A DNA stretch of 64,000 nucleotides from Lama glama (Eukaryota), in the NCBI GenBank assembly GCA_028534125.1, contig CM052818.1, positions 36,892,001 to 36,956,000 on the forward strand, given 5' to 3'. This document shows positions 1 to 12,500 of the stretch, in pieces (positions within the stretch are counted from its first letter, which is position 1; each line of letters opens with the position of its first letter). The notes beneath the pieces were generated by a model. It was not told where the DNA came from, made no database searches, and saw only the letters and a program-made list of their open reading frames with translations. The translations under genes were made by a program, and so were the position numbers.

Positions 1-570
1 GATTTTAAGATGCACCATTATTTTATGTCCCTCTGAGGAAAAAAGCACTGCCAATTAAACTATGACCACATTGCCTTATAACTTAGAATTGTAATTTTAT
101 ACTTAGTGTAAGAGCTCCTTAAGACACTTGTGCACACAGTAAAATGAAAATATAAGCCAAATACATTGGTGGCAATATTCTTAAACTGTCTTCATAAGAT
201 GGGCTCTTCTGAAAGGCTCTCTGACTTAGCGTCGCTGCTTCTGTGGTTCTCCACGCCTTCCTCCCTGACGTCGACAGCAGTGACTACGAGCCTTTCTATC
301 CCAGAGCATGTCACTGCTGATCTGGGATTTTCTTCCCTAAACTTGACACCCATTTTCAAGTTCTAGAGCTGGTGCTCTCTCGATCTTACCAGAAGGTAAG
401 AACCCAGAACTCATTTTTTTTTCTCAAATGGTCTTTAAAGAGTTTGTTGACTATAAGACCAAGGTTTGCAATTATGTCAGCTTGCCACCAGAACAACAGC
501 CAAGAGTGCTTACGTGTGGCAGTGGCAATGCCAGAATCTCCACCTTGCCCAGCAGCAGCTGTGAGGTGCC
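1..570 (-). mobile_element. Tigger (pogo-family) DNA transposon remnant, Tigger13a-like
   Basis: Minus strand encodes LQ..VNKLFKDHLRK...SGKI (pogo DDE consensus VNKPFKDHL); 5' part resembles the Tigger13a end. Confidence 0.7.
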
Positions 571-1654
571 ACCTCCAACACTGCGAGGGCTGCCCTGGTA
601 AGCCGCCTCCTACTTCCTTCCTCCCTGCTCTCAGAGAGCCATTATTTGTAGGACTGTCTAGGTATACAGCTCATCCAATGCAACGCACGAATGAGGATGT
701 CCGCTATCCTACGTGGCCATGCCTTGTGAGTTTATTCGGTGGAAATAAGAAGTAGAAGAGGGGTGGGGCATGGATTCTTGCCTTTGAGGACCAGTGACTG
801 CACTCAGTGGTAATATATAGTTCAAGGAATGATCCGGCTTAAATAGCAGCTCCTGCTTCTGCAGCCTTCGCCAGTACCCTTTCTGCCTAATGTAGTACCT
901 TGTACTGGGGTCTGTCACAGCCTATGTCCGCTTACGTGTCTATGGTGACCTCTTTGGGAGCAGCAGCCACATCTGTTCATCTTTGTAACCCAGTGGGTGG
1001 TGCAATGCCCAGGCCTCAGCAGGCTTTGGCTGACCATTTGTCAGAAGACTGAGGATGGAGACAACGGGTTTAGAGGTGATGGAGTCGTGCTGTTTGACTG
1101 AGGTCGGGGGTGTGTGACAGGAAGCAGGGGAAAGTCGGAGCAAGAGGGGAGGCTGGCGCCAGTCCACGGAGGGCCTGGGGTTCTGCCAGGAGGGAGCTCA
1201 CTGGGCGGGACAGAACCTGACAAAGACTGTTTCAGAGCTCCTAAGTGTACTCCAGTGTGGATACTGAGTCACAGACGACGGTTCACGTGGCAGAATGAAT
1301 TGGTCAGTATTAACCATGCTGCGGGTGAAGTCATCCAAGCGGAGAAACTGATATGCCTGAAACCTGAGTAGAGAAGGTTATTTTTTAATAGTAACATTCA
1401 TTCATTCATTCAAAGATTCTACTATCTGGTCACTATATAGTGACCATGGACCAGACTCTGATGAATACACGTGGATGAATAATGCATAATTTGTCTTTGG
1501 ATAAATAAATATATAAGGTGTTTGTAAGACAGGAGAATATTTGGGATCCAGTGTACTTTATTCGGAGAACTGTGGGGCCACAAAGTAGGGTTCATCTTTA
1601 CCTGGAGGGTGGGTCAAAGGAAATTCCACAGAGCCAAGGTGTTCCCTACAATAT

Positions 1655-2010
1655 TTACGACCAAGGCAGAGGTCCTTTATAGAAGTATTTCCTGAAGAAG
1701 ACTGGCATCCCTTGACAAAATTCTTCTGTGCTCAATTAGGTTCTGAAAATGGTTCATGCTCCATTCCCATCTTGGAATTCGCAGTGTGTGGTATTGTATT
1801 AAAGCTCCTTCAGAATTTGGTGGTGAAAACAAGCAATAAACAGAGTGCCAACTTATTTGGTTTGGTTTAACCTACCATTTTTCCCAAAGTGAGTTGGCCA
1901 CTGAACCTTTCTGTGGCAGAACACCTTTTAATATCTAAATATTTTAACACTCGTTACTGTCTCATACTTCTTAATATGTATCTTCACATTATAGTTTAGG
2001 AAACATAACT
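1655..2010. mobile_element. MER103C-like hAT-Charlie element
   Basis: cccatcttggaattcgcagtg..tattaaagctc..ggtttaacc..tttcccaaagtgagttggccactgaacc matches the remembered consensus. Confidence 0.6.
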
Positions 2011-2229
2011 GATGTCTGACGTGGGTGAAGCTTATCTGAGAGCAGTGGTCATTGGGTAGCCTTTCTAATACTGTGAATTTCTGCTCTGAGAGTTCTCATA
2101 AAAACTGATATTTTTGTTATAGGTGTGTGAATGCATGGGTTTGTGCCTTTTGGTATCCAAAATTCTCTTAAAGACCAAAAAAAAAAAAAAAGAAAAAATA
2201 TATGTGCATATATAGCTTCTTCTTCAAAA

Positions 2230-2990
2230 CCCTTATAACTGTGTGTGAGAATGACTACTGTACTGACATCAGCTGTTGTTACACTCTAAAATGCAAATGA
2301 TGTTTATGAAATAACTTAGAGACTGGAAAAAAGTATAGACTTTGGGCACTGTCCTTAGTCCTTCTACTAAGTAGATTAAAGGCTTCTAAGACATTCTAGC
2401 TAGTTGCAATGCGCTCTTAGACTTTTGTGTGTAATTTTGATATCTATGCAGAAATCACTGGTCAAATTACCTGGAAATTTTTTTCATCTCCATGGCTGAA
2501 TATTGTAACACTCGAGATAAAATGCAGCCCTATTGTTTTAATGCAAAAGTTCAGCTTTAACTGAGCAATGAAAAGAAATCTTCACTCATAAACTTATTCT
2601 GAAGATTCTATTGGGCCTAGAAGGTTTGAAATGACTTTAGCTTTTTGGTGACCAACGTTCTGGATTGAGCCATCCCCATCAAACACGTCTGTTAAAGTAA
2701 AATGTCGTATACCAAACCCATATTTCCAGTTTAACCAGAAATATATTCTGATTAGTAGACCCACCCATAGGCAATGTTCAGTTCCTGCTTATTGACTGAT
2801 TGGCTGAGAACACTAAAATATGGACTCGGTCGTCTGTGGTCTTCCAGATGCCCAGTTCCCTTTTTATACTCCAGGAAGAGGTTATAGCAGAATTTAGAAA
2901 GCGTTGCAGCTGATGACGAGAAAAACATCACAAGCAGTTGCTTTGGGATTGTTTGAGATGCAGCTTCAATATAGTGTCATGCTGACACGA
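2230..2990 (-). pseudogene. Fossil REJ module, middle part
   Basis: EAASQTI (PKD1 EATNQTV), ISCNA (VSCKA), LFLE (VYLE), YGFG-YT-FTLT (DGEGYTFTLT), LKLNFC (TKVHFEC), V*QQL (VQDQL), in PKD1 order. Confidence 0.65.
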
Positions 2991-5589
2991 CTTCCTTTGT
3001 GTGTATTTGGGTAAAAAGAAGGTTTTCGAGAATTATTTGTTAAATGAATGAATGAATGAATGCCTGGCCACCTTAAGCAACATTCAGACTTGAGTTTTTA
3101 CACATCGGAGGGTAGAGCTGTGGATTTCTGGGGCAGGACCGAACCCTCCCCTTGATGTACACACTCACTGTACACCTGACCAGATGATATTCAGCTAGTC
3201 CTCAGGATAGCTAGACCTGAAAACCTTTCTTTTCACCTTCCTTCCAAAGTTGTTCCCCTCAACAGCCCTCCAGCCAAGTACCCCTGCCTGGGAAAAGTGC
3301 CTGGAGGGAGGAGTCAGGAAGCAAGTCTGGAAAGGCATCTGAGGGTAATGAGAAAAACACGTCTCACTGCGCACACGGCTCCTTCTGCCTCGGCTTTGCC
3401 AGTGTGAGCTCGTGGGAGAGGCTGAAAAGCACATTCTTTAAAGTCCTGGCCCTTAAAAGGAAAGCGTCTTGGGCAGAAATGTCAGCTTGGCTCTGCCCGG
3501 ACTGCAGGACAGTTCTTTTATTGCTGACTTTTTGACATGGTAAAACCCAGCCTCTTCCCCTGCACTCTGGGGATGGTTCACAGAACTGATGGAATTTCAA
3601 GCCCTCACTCAGTCCAGTTGTATTGGATTTTTATCACAACACAAAGATTTTACAAATTGCATTTCTATCCTTCCTCTTTGACCCCCTTCCATCGCATTTC
3701 AAAACCATGTCTTATCCGGAACCAGCCGCATTAGATGTCCGAGAAAGCTTTGGCTCTGGACCCTGGGGTCAGCCGAGTCACATCCATTTCTCTCCACCTT
3801 TTAAAAAGCCAGTCTGAGCCTGCACCTCACTCGCCCGCAGCAGCAGGTTGGGTCAGATTGTGGGCGGCCCGAGGATGAGCTCATCCGCTTGTCTCACTGC
3901 CCAGCTCACAGCTCATCTTGCTGAACTGTCACTTGCTGAGTTAAATCTGAGTTCCTAAAACATCATTCTTCAGCTATTTTCATCTTGGGAGATTTCAAGC
4001 ATTGCTTCTTCAAATGTATTCCAACTTTGTTTGGAAATTTGGCTTTGCTGACTTCTGATCTTCCACGAGTCTCCCTGAGTTTAATTGCCTGATGTTACTT
4101 TAGAACGAACCAGACATTACTGCTTCCCTTTCCTTGCATTTGGAAAGACAAACTGTGACTCCTGCAGACAAGAGGCTTCTAACTGGGCTGGCCCATCCCT
4201 GTTCTGGATTTTCATAGGCAGACTATGTGCCTCTGAACGAGGGATCACATTGATCCATCTGATGAGTTTCTCAAAGAAAAGGCTGACCCAACATTTCCAC
4301 AAACATCCATTGGGTACCTACTTTACGAGAGATGCTCAGGGTGGTCTGACAAGACCACTGTGCATGGAGTGGAGCCTTGATTTAGACAAAAGCTTCATTT
4401 GTTCATTTGCTTGTTTGGGTATTCTACATCATAGCACTGCAGGAGGGAGTAAGCAGGTAATAGGATGGATGGTCTACCTTTTAGGGGTTTAGAATTAAAG
4501 GGAGATAAGATGTACTTACTCACAGTAAAGTTATGTCCCAGCAAGACTAAGGTATCATGAGCAAAGTTTCTGGGTTCACAGGAAGAAGAAAAAGCGTGGC
4601 TGGGAATGAAGCAAATGTGGTCGACCAGGTGTCCTAAGCACTAAGTGAAGCTTCTACAGAGCCTGAGAGGGGCAGAGAGAGGAGCACCCCAGCCTCAGGA
4701 ACTTACAGTCAGCTGGCGGGGAGAGGAGGAGCATGCAGGAGACTGAACCCTTGTCCAGGGAGAGGCACATCCTGAGACTGTGAGCTCTGGCTGGCTGTCA
4801 CTGTCCTGTTAGCCCTGGTCGTCTGTTCCTCCCACTGCCTGGAGGGCAAATCGCCCCTGGAAATTACAGTGATTCTAAAAAGATTTGATGTCCATTGACA
4901 GCCACATATCTAGCTGGAATGACCAGGAAAAGCTGGTAATCAGCTCAGGTTTGGAGGCTCTTTTCCATCCTTGTACTTTTCTCCAAACCAGATTCCAGCC
5001 ATTTCCATTTTCTGTGTTCCTAAGTGACTTTGATTTTTCAATATAGTTACAAGTGTCTTGGGCTTTAAGCTTAATGAAATGGCTTTTAAATAAGTGCAGA
5101 AACACTGGAGAAAAGGGCATGACAGATTTTCACCTGATCTCCCTAGCCATTAACCACTGGTCTTTGCCTGACCGCTGGAGTACTGTCCAGAGTAAAGTAC
5201 ACTGACTCCTGGCCACTCCGGGGATGGGAGGCACAGTCTGCAGGAACAGGGGAAAGGCCTCAGGAATCTGCATTTTGAGTGCTGAATTCCATTAGTTTTT
5301 TCACTTTGTGTCCCTGTCACAGAAGTGGGCTGCCATATTTTCAGTTCTTCCTGTCAATGGTCTCTCTGAGTAGGTGGGACATGGCCAGGCTGAAGGGATG
5401 TTGTGCTGTGCCTTATACATGTGCTTTGAAAGCCCTCATGTCTTCTCTTTGTATCGTGTCTTTCTCCTGTGTGTGTGTGCACACACGTAGATATGGACCC
5501 AGACACGTGTGGCTCCTCCAGAAGTATGGTGTAAGGCAAATGTTAGCCATTTTGCAAAGCCAGGTCTGTAAAGCCAGTGAAGGGTTGTG

Positions 5590-5755
5590 ATGAAGCCCTG
5601 GCTAGGGGACTGGGCGGCTTCAGTTCTGGTCCTGGTTTTTAGCCCAGTATGGCTCTGGGCAAGTTGTCTTCCCCTTTGCCTCTTATTATTTCTCAATTGT
5701 ACTGTTAGGTGTTTGACAATACCATCTTTAAGGGCTTTCTATGAGTCTAAGGATT
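5590..5755 (+). mobile_element. MIR SINE
   Basis: ctgggcaagtt..cctc core and tctttaagggctttcta..tctaag end. Confidence 0.55.
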
Positions 5756-6644
5756 TTTCTCCCTATCTTATTGGCCTCTCCTGATTTGAGGCAAAGATTA
5801 GCTGTTGACATAGATCAGACCTCACTTCCCACTGGGCCTGGGGTGGGAGTGGAAGTGGAAGTGTCAACATGGTAAGTTGTCTCTTATAGGGGATTGTTGG
5901 AGCCAAAGTTGACAATTGAGTCTAAGTGTGTTGTCCATCAGTTAGCTCCAAGGAAACCCTGGGAGTCAAGGTGCAGTGCCTCATGGATCTGGATCATGGT
6001 AGAGGGACATCAAGGAAGCAGGGCCACTATAATGCCCACAGCTGCAGGGAACTTTATTTCTAGGCTCAATTTGCACAGATGGGCTGATTTATTTAAGGGA
6101 GCTAGGATGGAGTGAGTTCTGACCTTTCATATTCCTTGCTGGAAATGAGGAAACCTGATAATTTCCTTTAATGAGCAGTATGTTTTCCTTCCTCGGTGAC
6201 ATGCCAAGTGTTCCAGAATAAATCACTTAAAACACACTTAAGCTAGATCCAGGAGATTTTCAAATTAAATGGGAAACACAGTAGTTTCTCTGTGGGATCT
6301 ACTCAAGGACCAGAGTTGCTCAAGGGTAGAGACAATTGAGACTTACATTATAATCCATGAATACCAGAAGAGTTGGAGTCATTAAGAACCCTGAAGAGAC
6401 ACAAATAAGTCTTTGTATCTCAAGTTCAAGAGTCAAGAATGGTCACCTAAACCAATAGCCTAATTATAATCACTGAAGAGGGCCTGGGCGAAGTTGTAAG
6501 TTCTGGGAGGAAAACATTTCTCAGTCAGCCCATCTTCACTCTGGTCCCATGATCCATATGACTCTTTCTGGTAACTAATTTGGAGTTTATGAACGTTGGA
6601 GAAGGGCCTAGTGTAGCTTTTCAATCCTAATCATGTGCTTTCCG

Positions 6645-6730
6645 TTCATCAATCCATCATCCATCTATCCATCATCCATCCATCCATCCATCCATCATCC
6701 ATCCATCCATCATCCATCCATCCATCTATC
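6645..6730 (+). repeat. (CATC)n microsatellite at an L2 3' tail
   Basis: Direct tandem repeat, followed by an L2 end (aacacttactctgtgcca..ctaggtggtggagata). Confidence 0.9.
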
Positions 6731-6819
6731 TCACCCATTCAAATATCAAACATTCCCTGAACACTTACTCTGTGCCACATGCCAATCTAGGTGGTGGAGA
6801 TAAGATGGTATAATGGGTA

Positions 6820-7370
6820 TTTATTGGTTTCCTCCTTAGGATTTAGTCCCTTGTTTCTTTTGCCAAAAAAAAATTTTCCAAGGATTACTTTATAAGGGAT
6901 TGCCTCTATCTCCAGTCATAGTTGTGGTCCTGATTAATTGGATCAGTGAACCCCATCACCACCACACCATCCTCCCAGTAGCTGGTCACAGTGATAAATT
7001 TGGTGAATGTCTTATGACCTACTTCAGGTCATCAAGGGTCATCAGGAGTCAACCCAAAGACTTTTGTTTGAGATATCAGGTATGTGGACCTCTCTTTTCC
7101 TCTGAATTAGAGCCTGGAAGCACATCCAGGAACTATGAATAGCCATCTGGTAATGATCAGGAGAGCCTGCTGAGGTTAGAGCCACGGCCAAAAAACTTTG
7201 GCTGAGAATTTGAGAGTTAGAACTCAGGTCCTCGTCACATCTCTTGAGCCTTTAAATCAAGTTTTGCCTAAAGCCACACCTAATTCAATTATGGGGGCCA
7301 ATAACTCTCTTTTAATGTTCAAGCCAATTTGAGATTGTTACTTACAACTAAAAGCATCCTAACAGATGCA
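6820..7370 (+). mobile_element. MaLR solo LTR (MLT1K/L-like)
   Basis: Typical 3' end gccaataa..ttcaagccaatttgag..ttacttacaactaaaagcatcctaac. Confidence 0.7.
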
Positions 7371-7379
7371 GAGGCAACA

Positions 7380-7620
7380 TTAATGTAGAGGTTAAGAGCT
7401 TGGATCCCAGGATAAAAAAAAAAGAGCTTGGACCAGGCTTCTTGGGTTTGAATCTCAGTTTCACCACCCACTAGCCTCAGTGATCTCTTCATGCCTCATT
7501 TTGTTCATCAATAAAGTGGACATAGTATTCCTGCTTCATAGGATTGTTGTAAGGATCAAGTGAGAGTGTAAAGGCACTTAAAATGGTGCTTGGCACATAG
7601 TAAATGGAACATAATATCTA
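7380..7620 (+). mobile_element. MIR SINE carrying a micro-insertion
   Basis: ggttaagagc..ctt gggtttgaatc..gcctcatttt..cataggattgttgtaaggatcaagtgag..tggcacatagtaa. Confidence 0.8.
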
Positions 7621-8606
7621 AATAACAAAAAGAGTAAATAAAGTAGTGAAAAACACTTAATGTTCATTCTGGGAAAGCTTTCCCTTCCAGCTGCTACCTC
7701 CATGGAGGGGTGGCACCATATAATGGCAACATTAATCATCACAGGAACTGCTAATCTGAATAAAGAGTTCTCAGCATTTATTATAAAGACTGAGGAAAAT
7801 ATAAAACTTCTCCATCATTTAAAATGGTCAATTAGCTTTATAACTATGTATGTGAACAATATCACTTTCATTAAGAGTGGACGCTATCAAGCTCACTTGT
7901 AACAATGGCACAGCAAATCTGTCATACCACTTTTATGTGTCTTTTAGTTGCTAAGATGCTGATTGCATACAACAGCCTGGTTCTCTCTGTCATATTGCCC
8001 AACTGTATCGCTATGGAAGGAAGACATAATAAATGCATGCCATGGTCATGCCATGGTAGGTTGTCTATAAAAACAATGAAAAAGATGTCACATCTGTCAC
8101 TATGACATGGTATCCCTGACATAATAATTGGTATACATGTGTGTCACCATAATAGATGGTATCTGTCTGTCACTGTGACATGAAGTAACTGTCGAGGTGT
8201 CATTATAGTATTTTTCCATCATGATGACACAATGTCAGTTATGGTGACCTGGTATACCTATCATATACATAGGCTTATCTAGTCTCCCCTTTCTTACTCC
8301 CTGTAACCAGTGAGTCACCAAGCCCTATTGCATCACTTCCTAAATATCCCCTAACCTGTCCCTTCCTTTCCATTCCTGCCGCTCCTGTTGGAGCTTTGGC
8401 TCTGGACCCCCTGACTCAAGAGCTGCTCCTAGCTGATCCATTCTCAACTCTACATCAAACTGATCCCTCTAACAGATTGACAGAGTCAGCCCTTTTCCTA
8501 AGAGCAACAAACCACCAATGGCCCTTCATGTTTTCCAAATACAATAAATTCTCATATTCTCATTCTAGATTCTCCAGGATTTGGTTCCAGCTAGCTTTTT
8601 CCCCTA

Positions 8607-11540
8607 TCTTTATTGAGATATAACTGACATATAGCATCATGTAACTTTAAACTGTATGATGTGATGATTTTATATATGTATTCTTTGTAAAATGATGACC
8701 ACAAAAAGGTTCATTAACACATTTATCACTTCACATAGTAACCATTTTTGTTTGTTTGTTTTGTGGTGAGAATGTTGCTACTCTCTTAGCAGCTTTCAAG
8801 TATACAATACAGTATTGTTAACTGTAGTTATCATGCTGTACGTTAGGTTTCCAGAACTTGTTTATCTTATAATTGAAAATTTGTACCTTTTAAACCAATA
8901 TTTTCCTGTTTTCCCCACCTCCCAGCCTCTAGCAACCACCAATTTACTTTCTGTTTTTATGGGTTTGGTTTTTCAAGATTCCACATGCAAGTGAGATCAT
9001 CCAGTGTTTATCTTTCTTTGACTTATTTCACTTAACTTGATGCCCTCAAAGTCCATCCACATTGTTGCAGATGGTAGAATTTTCTACTTTTTACGACTGA
9101 ATAATATTCCACTGTGTATACACACTCATATATAGACTACATTTTCTTTATTCAATCTTACATCACAGGAACTTAGGTTATCTATGTCTTGGCTCTTGTG
9201 AATAATGCTACGATGAACATCGAGTGCAAATATTTATTTGAGATAGTTATCTCATTTCCTTCAGCTGTACTCTCAGAAGTGGAATTCCTGAGTCATATGG
9301 TAGATCTATTTCAAATTTGTTGAGCAATCTCCATACTGTTTTCCGTAGTGACTGAAGCAATTTACAGTCCCACCAACAATGCATAAGGGTTTCTGCTTCT
9401 CTACATCCTTGCCAGGACTTGTGATCTCGTATCTTTTTGAGAACAGCCATTTTAATAGGTGTGAGGTGATTGATATCTTATTGTGGTTTTGCTTTGCATT
9501 TCTCAGATGATGAGTCATGTTGCGAACCTTTTCATGTAGCTGTTGGCCATTCGTGTATCTTCTTTGGAAAAAATGTTTATTCAAGTCTTTTGCCTGTTTT
9601 TAAACTGAATTTTTTTTCTCTTGAGTTGTATGAGTTTTAATATCAAGCCCTTATTAGATATATGAGTTTTGGATATCAACCCCTTGTCAGATACATGGTT
9701 TGAACTATTTCTTCCCTTTCATGGTTGCCTATTTATTTTGTTGATTATTTCTTTTGCTGTGCAGAAGAGTTTTTAGTTTGATGTTGTCCTACTTATTTAT
9801 TTTTGCTTTTGTGGCTTGTGCTTTGGTGTCATATCCAAAAAATCACTGCCAAGACCAGTGCTAAGGAAATTTCCCCCTATGTTTTCTTCTAGGAGTTTTA
9901 CAGTTTTGAGTCTTACATTTAAGTTTTTAATTCTTTTTGAGTTAGTTTTTTGAATGATATAAGATAGGGGTCCATTTTTTTTCCTTTGCATGTGAACATT
10001 CAGTTTTCCCAGCACCATTTATTGAAGAGACTATTCTTTCTCCATTGAGTATTCTTGATTCCTTCATCAAATATGAGTTGACTGTATATGCATGAGTTTA
10101 TTTCTGGGCTGTCTATTTTGTTCCATTGTTCTGTATATCTGTTTTTATGCTAGTATCATACTATGTTGATTACTATGGCTTTGTAGTATACATAGTTTGA
10201 AATCAGGAAGTATGATGCCTCCAGCTCTGTTCTTCTTTCACAGAACTGCTTTGGCTGTTCAGGGTCTTTTGTGGTTCCACATGATTTTTTTTTCTATTTC
10301 TGTGAAAAATGCCATTGGAATTTTGATATGGATTCCATTGAAACTATAGATGGCTTTGGCTGGTGTGGACATTTTCACAATATTGACTCTTAAAATCTGT
10401 GAACACAGGATATCTTTCCATTTATTTGTATTTTCTTTAATTTCTTTCATCAATGTTTTATAGTTTTCAGTGTTACAGATCTTTCACTTCCTTGGTTGAA
10501 TTTATTCCCTAAGTATTTTATTGTTTTTGATGGTATTGTAAATGGTATTTTTTCCTTATTTTTTTAAGAGGGTTTGTGCTTAGTATATAGAAGCACAACT
10601 GATATTTGTATGTTGACTTTGTATTCTGAAACTGTATTGAATTCATGTATTAGTTCTAAAAATTTTTTTTGGTGAAGTATTTAGAATTTTCTATTTACAA
10701 GATGATGTCATTTGCAAAGGGAGATAGTGTTTGTTTTAACTGAGTTATAGTCAGTTTACAATGTTGTGTCAATTTCCAGTGTAGAGCACAATTTTTCAGT
10801 TATACATGAACATACTTATATTCATTGTCACATTCTTTTTCTCTGTGAGCTACCACAAGATGCAAACAGAAACAGTTTTAATTCTTCCTTTCCTGTTTGG
10901 ATGCCTTTTATTTCTTTTTTCCTTTAAAAAAAAATTTTTTTTTGCTTGACAGCTCTGGCTAGGACTTCTAATAATATGTTGAATAGCAGTGTTAGGAGCG
11001 GGCATCCTTGTCTCATTCCTCATATTACACAAAAAGCTTTCAACCTTTCCCTATTGAGTATAGTGTCAGCTCTGGACTTGTCATATATGCCTTTATTATA
11101 TTGAAGTATGTTTCTTTTATACCCAATTTATTGGGAGTTTATTTTTATCATGAAAGGATAGTAAATTTTGTAAAATGCTTTTTCTGTATCTGTTGAGATG
11201 GTCATGATTTTTATCTTTTATTCTGTTAATGTGGTGTACCACATTACTGATGGATATATGTTGAAGCATCCTTGCATTCTAGGGATAAATCCCACTTGAT
11301 CATGGTGTGTGATTTTTTTAATGTGCTGTTGAATTTGGCTTACAGTATTTTGTTGAGAGTTTTTGCATCTATATTCATCAGGGATTTGGCTTGTACTTTT
11401 CTTTTCTTGTAATGTCCTTATCTGGCTTTGTTATCAGAGTAATGATGGCCTTGTAAAATGAGTTTTTGGAGTGTTCCCTCCTCTTAAGTTTTTTGAAAGC
11501 GTTTGTGAAGGATTGGCATTAATTTTTCTTTTAATGTTGC
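8607..11540 (-). mobile_element. L1 (L1MA/MB-type), 3' UTR plus degraded ORF2
   Basis: L1 3' end tttattgagatataac; ORF2 C-terminal fragments in the ORF track (HCWWDCKL, PYDSGIPLL, KLLEENIG, NKWKDI). Confidence 0.95.
10733..10860 (-). mobile_element. Young lineage-specific L1 3' fragment nested in an older L1
   Basis: ttttaactgagttatagtcagtttacaatgttgtgtcaatttccagtgtagagc; host sequence tgcaaa..ga.a.agt.tt duplicated on both sides. Confidence 0.8.
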
Positions 11541-11764
11541 TCTACTGTTCTCTGCCACCTGCTTCTGGCAGACACCTGGTATTTAATGGGGGTGGGGTGG
11601 TAAATAAATTCTTTTACATGTAAGCTTATAGTTTTCTTAATAAATTAGAGAAATCTTTGTAGATGTATTATTTGTTGTCTATCTTTATGTCCAAGTTGGA
11701 GTCAGAATCTGATATTTATGAATAGATTAGCTACTTGGAAATGGGCACATTTCTGTGTATTTAC

Positions 11765-12500
11765 CTTGATGTATATGTACTAATGGCAGCAAGAATCATT
11801 AGTGAATTCATTAGTTTTGAATCCAAGTTGCACTTCTACTGCTAAGGTTAATTATTGATTTGTTTTATTCTGTGATTAAAGCCATTAACCACTATTAGCA
11901 AATGATGATGTTTATGCATGTTTGAATATCAGCTGGGTTGCATTTCATAGCAGGGGCCCAAGCTAAATTAGTATTCTCTGGGACTGACAGCTAGAATGGT
12001 GATACATAGACTTGCTGAGGGTAACCAATGATTTTTCCTTGTGATAGAAGGATAAATAGTGCCTGATTGTCTTTGCTAATTATTCTTCCTGAGTGCAGTC
12101 ACTGACCGGAATTTAGTTTTAGTTGAAGCTGGCCTCTGTCCTTTCTGATTCTGAATAATCAGAGACTTCTGAGCAGGATTTCCAGAGACGCTAAGAAGGG
12201 CTCTGACTCTCCTGCCTGAAGACTCTGATTTTAAACTTTCCTGTATCCAGGAAGTAGAATGGGCTCACTTGCTCCTTGAAATAGTTGGGGATGGACTTTG
12301 CAGATCAGTTTGGCTTCACAGCTTCTGCCAGTGAGAGGAAGGCACTGCTTTTTGAAGTGCTCTCTGAATGGGTCACATTTCTCTAACTGGAGGAGGGGTG
12401 GTCTGGATGTACTGGGATTGATGGAGCCAAGTGGCCAGAAATCTCATACGCTCAACTGCAAGGAAGTGTGTGTAGCCTGGCGCGGCTCTGTCTGGCAAAG
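11765..12500 (-). pseudogene. Fossil last PKD repeat plus start of REJ, ending at a splice donor
   Basis: QVS(P)FYFLDTGKFKIRV; EASFN..SDCT (PKD1 EAHVDLRDCV); VYVSPF*LSVPENTNLAWGPCY (PKD1 VDVSRPRLVLPRLALPVGHYCF); INIIIC..WLMALITE; EVQL-GFKT; donor caag|gtaaat at 11765/11764. Confidence 0.7.

Noticed and set aside
4117..4302. REJ-like VIPRSEAHSLPMKIQ
   Set aside because: Out of order relative to the REJ fossil at 2230-2990 and abuts an L2-like tail; likely chance.
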